64,000 nt of DNA from Anaeramoeba ignava BMAN. Taxonomy: Eukaryota; Protista; Anaeramoebae. A model generated the notes under the pieces. That model did no database searches. It was not told where the DNA came from and worked only from the letters and a program-made list of their open reading frames with translations. How positions within the stretch are numbered: position 1 is the first letter of the stretch; each line of letters starts with the position of its first letter. The DNA is taken from the NCBI GenBank assembly GCA_028826165.1, contig JAPDFW010000022.1:628758-692757 (forward strand). Reading direction: 5' to 3'. Positions 57,501 to 64,000 of this stretch are shown one piece after another. The translations under genes and the position numbers were made by a program.

Positions 57501-60500
57501 ACAATATTTGAATAAGCAAAAAGTTGAACAACAATAGCTCCAATATAAGGTTGTTCATTATACCAAAAAGTATCATTTGAAAAAGTGAAAGGATAACCAA
57601 TTAATGATTCATTTGAAATTGTTGATCTTATTGAAATATGTGTTGGGAAATTGATTATTTCAAATGACAAACAACCTATATCGCGATTATCAACGTCAAA
57701 AAGCAAATGAATACGAGTACTATTTCCGTAATCTGTTGTATCTAATGAAAATTCTGCAATTCCATTTTCATTTGTTGTTGCATAACCTTGATAAATGTAA
57801 CTCGCGTAATTAGTACAGTCACTCACTTCCCATAAATTCACATATTGATTTTGCAATACTTTCGATGTATAAATATCAAGAACAATAGCTTTAGGAGATA
57901 TTGGGAAAGGTTGATTTATATATAATTGTTGAGGAATATCAAAAACATATCCTTTTGACTCTATTGTACTTACATTGAAATCCATATCTTCACCATCACT
58001 AAACCATTCCATACACAAATAGAATTTACCCGAAATTAAATCATTATAGTAAACAAATTGAAAAGCTAAATTCCAAGTTACTTCTCCATTTTCATCTGAA
58101 GGTGCTATACTTCTTACAACAGGATCATCTATATCATAAGTATTAACATAATCAAAAGGCCAAGCAATATCATAATCATAAAGCCAAAAATAACCATAAT
58201 AACCTTGAACTGGATTTCCAAGATCATCTGTAATTCTCATTATTGGTTGTGGAAAATCTCTTCCATATCCTGAATAGAAGGGTTTCTGATGTATTCCAAG
58301 TTATATTTAAATAAAGATCTTGATAATCATATGTCAAATTTATAAAAACTTCACTTGATGCTGCAATTCCATTAACAAAAATAACTAAATCAAATGCTTC
58401 ATTTTGAAAATAATCGTCTTCATCGTAATCTGTTTGATCATTAATAACAAAATCATCTAAAACCAATTCATCTAAAATTAAATTGTGAAAAATGAAAATT
58501 GAAAAATGAAAAATTAAAAATTAAAAATGAAAAATGAAAAATAAATTACCATTTCCATTCAAAGTATAAGTTGATTGAAATAAAAGACTTGTTAAATTTC
58601 TAACTCGATAACTTGAATTTAATCCTAAAAGATTATAATAAGGATCAAATGAATTTAATGCAACAACATGAACTATAAAATCTGTTTCTGTAATATTATT
58701 TCCTGAAATTTTTAATCGAATAGATTCATTTCCAAAAGTTGTGTGTGGAGTAAACCAATTATCAACATCAGGAAAATAACTAATTGTTACTTCTTCTATA
58801 TTATTTGTCATTGAAAATCTGAAACAATTAGCCCATTCTTCATTATAAGAAGTTGGAATATAATCACTTGCTACAGCTATACATAATGAACTTTTCATTT
58901 TACTTCCAAATATTCTTGTTGAAATTATTCCAGTTCCACCAGAAATATTCCAATATCCTTTTTCAGGAAGAATTACATATCCAAGTGGAACTTCTTGTTC
59001 TATAAGATAAGCAACAACATTAAATTCTTCATTAATTATATCTCCATAAAAATTTTGAATAGAAATATTCAAATTTAATAATTCTCCTGATTCAATATTT
59101 TCATTCCAATTACTAACTAAAATTCTTCTTGCATCTTCTACAACATCATCATATGAAATACTAACTAAAGATGAATTTGAAATGTAATCATCAACAGTAA
59201 CTGAAAAATTTTGTGAAGTATCATTTTCAAAAGAACAAATTTCTACAAAATTTACGGATAGAGTAACAAAACCATTTTGATCTGTTAAAAAATTAGAAGG
59301 TTCAAAATCGAAATTTGAAATTTCAAAATGAATTAATTTATTTGGAATTCCTTTCCCAAATTCATCTTGAACTTGAATAACAGACCAAGTATCAGAAGAA
59401 ATACCTAAAAGTTCATCAACTTTTAATATAGACATTTTATGAGTCCAAATAATTTGAGAAACTGATGAATTAACTTGAATATCATCAGATAAAACAGAAA
59501 CACCATCACAAATAAATTTAATTTGAAATGAACAATATTCAGATGTAAAACCAGAAAGAGAAAATTTAAGATCTGTAAAAGTAGCTCTAATAATAATAAC
59601 AATAATAACAAATAATAAATAATAAAAATGAATAAATATTTCTTTTTTCTTTTTTCTTTTTACTTTCCAAATTGATCTGTAAAAGCAATAGGATTTAAAA
59701 GTGATTTATCATCAAAGATTGGTTCTTGATCTTCCAAAATAGAAATATTACATTGTTTTGAAATCTTTGCAAAAACAGGTTTTTCTGTAATTGAATTATT
59801 ATTTTGATCTTTTACAGAAATAATCCAAGGTATTGAAAAAGTTTCACCTTCTTTAACAGAAAATGATCCATCTTGATAAATTTCAACATTTTTAACTATT
59901 TTCAAAATTAAATTATAATTTCAATTTTCATTTTCATTAAATCAATAAATCAAAAACAAACCATTTGTAATGAAATTTAGTTCAAAATATCCAACAGTGT
60001 TCATTAATTCGTCCTTTAGATAATCATAATATTTATAAGATAATTGAACACCTTCAGCAAATGAAGTAAATCTCATTCTTGTTGAGGTTGATCCAATAAA
60101 TTTAATAGTTACATTTGAATATGTGTTTCCATAAAGAAGAGAATCAGCAATTTCATAAACAGCTAATTTAAATTCAAATTCAAAATTAAATTTAAATTCA
60201 AATTTCAATATTAAATTTACCATAAGCTTCATATTCTGGAAAAACAAAAGAACGATTTCCTGGAACAAATGTAAATTGAATTCCTTCTAATGATGAATCA
60301 GTGAATTCATCTTTTACATAAACATCAAAATTGAAAGTAATCTCATCTCCATAATTATAAGTAGAATTATTTATTGTGTCATTATTACGAAGGTAAAAAT
60401 GATCAACTAAATCAAAAAAATAATCAATTTAAATCAATTTAAATCAAAAAAAATTATTAAGAAAAAATATTACTTTTTGATTGCATTGAAATTGGAAATT

Positions 60501-62139
60501 CAATTTCTGGTGCATTTGAATCATATCCAAATTCAAAATCTTTATCTATTTTATTTTTGAAAAAGAAAATTAAATAATGAAAATAGAAAATTGAATATTG
60601 AATATTGAATTAAATAATTATTTTTACTTGGACCAGATAAATCTAAATGATTTCCCCATTCACAATTTGAATAAAAACTTAATCTAACAGTTTGACTTGA
60701 ACCTGAAATTATTGAAATATTTGAAAATTTTGCAATTCCATCTTCATCAGAATATTGAGTTAAATCACCATATAATGTAGGATCTGCTTTAATTTTTTCT
60801 CTTAATTCAATTAAAGTTAAATCTCCATTTCCTTTATCATATACTTCAAAAGAAGAAGAATTAACAAAAATTGCACAATTTTTTATTCCATCTGATTTAA
60901 AATTTTTTGAAATTCTCAACTATTTTTTATTTTAATAAATCAATTTAAAATATTAATTTAAATATTAATTTAAAATATTAATTTAAATATTAATTTAAAA
61001 TATTAATTTAAATATCAATTTAAAATATTAATTTAAATATTAATTTAAAATATTAATTTAAAATATTAATTTAAATATTAATTTAAATATCAATTTAAAA
61101 TATTAATTTAAAATATTAATTTAAATATCAATTTAAATATTAATTTAAATATTAATTTAAATATTAATTTAAAATATTAATTTAAATATTAATTTAAAAT
61201 ATTAATTTTAAAATAATATTTTAAATATTAATTTAAAAATAATTTTATTAATTTTAAAATATTAATTTAAAATATTATTTAAAATATTAATTTAAATATT
61301 AATTTAAATATCAATTTAAAAATATTTAAATATTAATTTAAAATATTAATTTAAAAATATTTATTTAAATATTAATTTAAAATATCAATTTAAAATATCA
61401 ATTTAAAAATATTAATTTAAATATTAATTTAAATTTATCAATTTAAATATCAATTTTAAATATCAATTTAAAATATTAATTTAAAAATAAATCAATTTAA
61501 AATATAATTTTAAATATTAATTTAAAATATTAATTTAAAATATTAATTTAAATATTAATTTAAAATATTAATTTAAAATATTAATTAAAATATTAATTTA
61601 AAATATCAATTTAAATATCAATTTAAAATATTAATTTAAATATTAATTTGAAATATTAATTTAAAATATTAATTTGAAATATCAATTTAAATATTAATTA
61701 CTTCAGTTGAAAAAGGTTGCCAATAAAAACTTCTGTTTCATTTGGAAATTTAAAGAAATCCAAACTAAATTTGAAATTATCCAAAAAAATTTAATAATTT
61801 AGAAATAATTATTTTGGAATTAAAAAAGGAAATAATTTTTGATTTTGATTTTGATTTTGATTTTAATTTTGATTTTTATTTTGATTTTAATTTTGATTTT
61901 GATTTATATTTTGATTTTGATTTTGATTTTGATTACTTTGATTGAATTTTATCTTCTCTTAAATCTAAGCCTTCAAGTAAATATCTTATTGCAACTCCAA
62001 AAGTGAAAACAAAAAAAGTAGAAAGAAAAAGAATTGTCATTGAACGCCAAATAACATCATCTCCAACAAAATCAAGAAATTTAGGTGTTCCAATAAATTT
62101 AAATACTTTTTTCCAAAATTTAGAGCATTTATTTTTCAT
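54599..62139 (-). CDS. STRA6-like multi-pass membrane protein with a long array of bacterial-Ig-like repeats; ~9 exons, apparent frameshift near 58285 and an ambiguous junction near 61730
   Basis: N-terminal TM helix. Repeated T/SDxxGxAxF motifs (SDEDGIAKF, TDQFGKATF, TDQNGFVTL, SDENGEVTW, TNENGIAEF, TDENGIAVF). C-terminal TM region with FYYPQRLL, YSAMMLIDNEINNPVLRVF and KYLFLLTIAANKKIQEFRK, resembling STRA6/RBPR2 C-terminal motifs. Confidence 0.7.
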
Positions 62140-62320
62140 TGTTTTGTTTTGTTTTGTTTTGTTTTGTTTTGTGTTTTTGAAATAAAAAGAAAGCTAAAAA
62201 AAGAGATAAAGAGTGGTAAAAAAGTAAGAGAGAAAAAGAAAAAGTGAAAGAAAAAGTGAAAATGATTTTGATTTTCTAATTGAAAAAAAAAATTTTTATT
62301 AATTTGGGAAGATCAAAGAA

Positions 62321-62586
62321 AAAAAGAAAAAAGTGGAAAGAAAAGTAAAATTGAATTAATTTAAATGATTAAATATTAATTAAATTATATTCTATTTTAG
62401 ATTTAAATTGTTTTAAAAAGTAAAATTGAATTAATTTAAATGATTAAATATTAATTAAATTATATTTTATTTTAGATTTAAATTGTTTTAAAAAGTAAAA
62501 TTGAATTAATTTAAATGATTAAATATTAATTAAATTATATTTTATTTTTGATTTAAATTGTTTTAAAAAGAAAAAAGTGGAAAGAA
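62321..62586. repeat. 75-bp unit x3 flanked by the 22-bp direct repeat AAAAAGAAAAAAGTGGAAAGAA
   Basis: The unit marker G of GTAAAATTGAATT falls at 62345, 62420 and 62495. Flanks are 62321-62342 and 62565-62586. Confidence 0.85.
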
Positions 62587-62715
62587 TGAGTCAGAAAAAA
62601 TAAAAATTATTTTTAATTATTTTTTTTTTAAATAAAAAAAATTTTTTTTTCATTTTTTCATTTTTCATTTTTTTTTCCCAAATTATAAAAAAAAAAATCA
62701 ATTAAAAATAAAAAA

Positions 62716-64000
62716 ATGAAAATTATTTTATATTTCCTTTTTATGTTTCTCTTGTTGTTAAGATTATTAACAACAGCAGAACAAGAAAATGATGAACCAA
62801 TTGAAGCAAAAGCAGATCCAATAATTGAAAATGATATTGTAGAAGATATAGGACATAAAACAGCACCAGGAAAAACTGAAATGTAAATATTTTTGATTTT
62901 AATTTAATTTATTTTTTGAATTTTAATTTTTTAATTTTTTTATTTTTTATTTTTTAAAGAGATGAAGAAATTAGAAAACAAACACAACATTGGAGTCATG
63001 ATGAACAAGAATTAATCAAAGAAACTATGGAAAGTTTCAAATATCAAGCAGACACTGCAAAATTGATGGAATTAATTATTAACTCCATTTATTCAAATAA
63101 AGAAATTTTCTTAAGAGAGGTAATTTAATTTCAATTTCAATTTCAATTCAACTTAATTTAATTTTAATTTAATTCAATTTAATTTAATTTCAATTTAATT
63201 CAATTTAATTTAATTTCAATTTAATTCAATTCAACTTAATTTAAATTTAATTTAATTTCAATTTAATTTAATTTCAATTTAATTAATTTCAATTTCAATT
63301 TCAATTCAATTTAATTTCAATTTAATTTCAATCTAATTCAATTTAATTTAATTTCAATTTAATTTAATTTAATTTTAATCTAATTTAATTTCAATTTAAT
63401 TTCAATTTCAATTTAATTTCAATTTCAATTTAATTTCAATTTAATTTAATTTAATTTAATTTAATTTAATTATTTCAATTTAATTTAATCTAATTCAATT
63501 TAATTTTAATTTAATTTAAATTTTAATTTCAATTTAATTTAATTTAATTTCAATTTAATTTAATCTAATTCAATTTAATTTTAATCTAATTTAAATTTTA
63601 ATTTCAATTTAATTTAATTTAATTTCAATTTAATTTAATTCAATTTAATTTAATTTTAATTTAATTTCAATTTAATTTCAATTTAATTTCAATTTAATTT
63701 TAATTTAATTTCAATTTAATTTCAATTTAATTTCAATTTAATTTCAATTTAATCAATTTTAATTCAATTTTAATTTTAATTTTAATTTCAATTTAATTTC
63801 AATTTAATTTCAATTTAATTCAAATTTCAATTTAATTTCAATTTAATTTCAATTTAATTTCAATTTAATTTCAATTTAATTTCAATTTAATTTCAATTTA
63901 ATTTCAATTTAATTTCAATTTAATTTCAATTTAATTTAATTTCAATTTAATTTAATTCAATTTAATTTCAATTTAATTTCAATTTAATTTCAATTTAATT
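62716..64000 (+). CDS. HSP90B1: ER Hsp90 (GRP94/endoplasmin), 5' part; exons 62716-62882 and 62960-63119, then a repeat-filled intron running off the window
   Basis: Signal peptide [21 protein letters not shown] and an acidic N-terminus, then [30 protein letters not shown] (Hsp90 signature). Not in the ORF track. Confidence 0.92.

Overview
Extremely AT-rich, gene-dense, intron-rich eukaryotic DNA from a protist. The BTB/BACK/TLDc gene family and Asn/Gln microsatellites suggest an anaerobic amoeba such as Anaeramoeba; this is inference only. Manual splicing gives 17 protein-coding genes (two truncated by the window edges) and about 53 introns, all GT-AG. In order: TLDc gene 3' end, FANCI, CH...PH protein, a 69-aa two-exon Mim1/Tom13-like membrane protein missing from the ORF track, a low-complexity protein, presenilin, TAF1B/Rrn7, BTB-BACK-TLDc, a TTBK/CK1 kinase ending in CaaX, an intronised bacterial-type DUF4091/GH123-like enzyme, a BAR protein, a coiled-coil protein, BTB-BACK-F5/8, a giant SH3/PH-repeat RasGAP, CFAP20, an Ig-repeat STRA6-like receptor, and the GRP94 5' end. 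Most long introns are inflated by their own simple repeat that lacks G or AG on the sense strand. Other features are a 145-146 bp x9 satellite, a 75 bp x3 repeat flanked by 22-bp direct repeats, and a dispersed AAAAGTGGAA motif. About seven single-base frameshifts are probably assembly errors. I recognised no RNA genes, CRISPR arrays, transposases or inteins. Most ORF-track entries are shadows of microsatellites.
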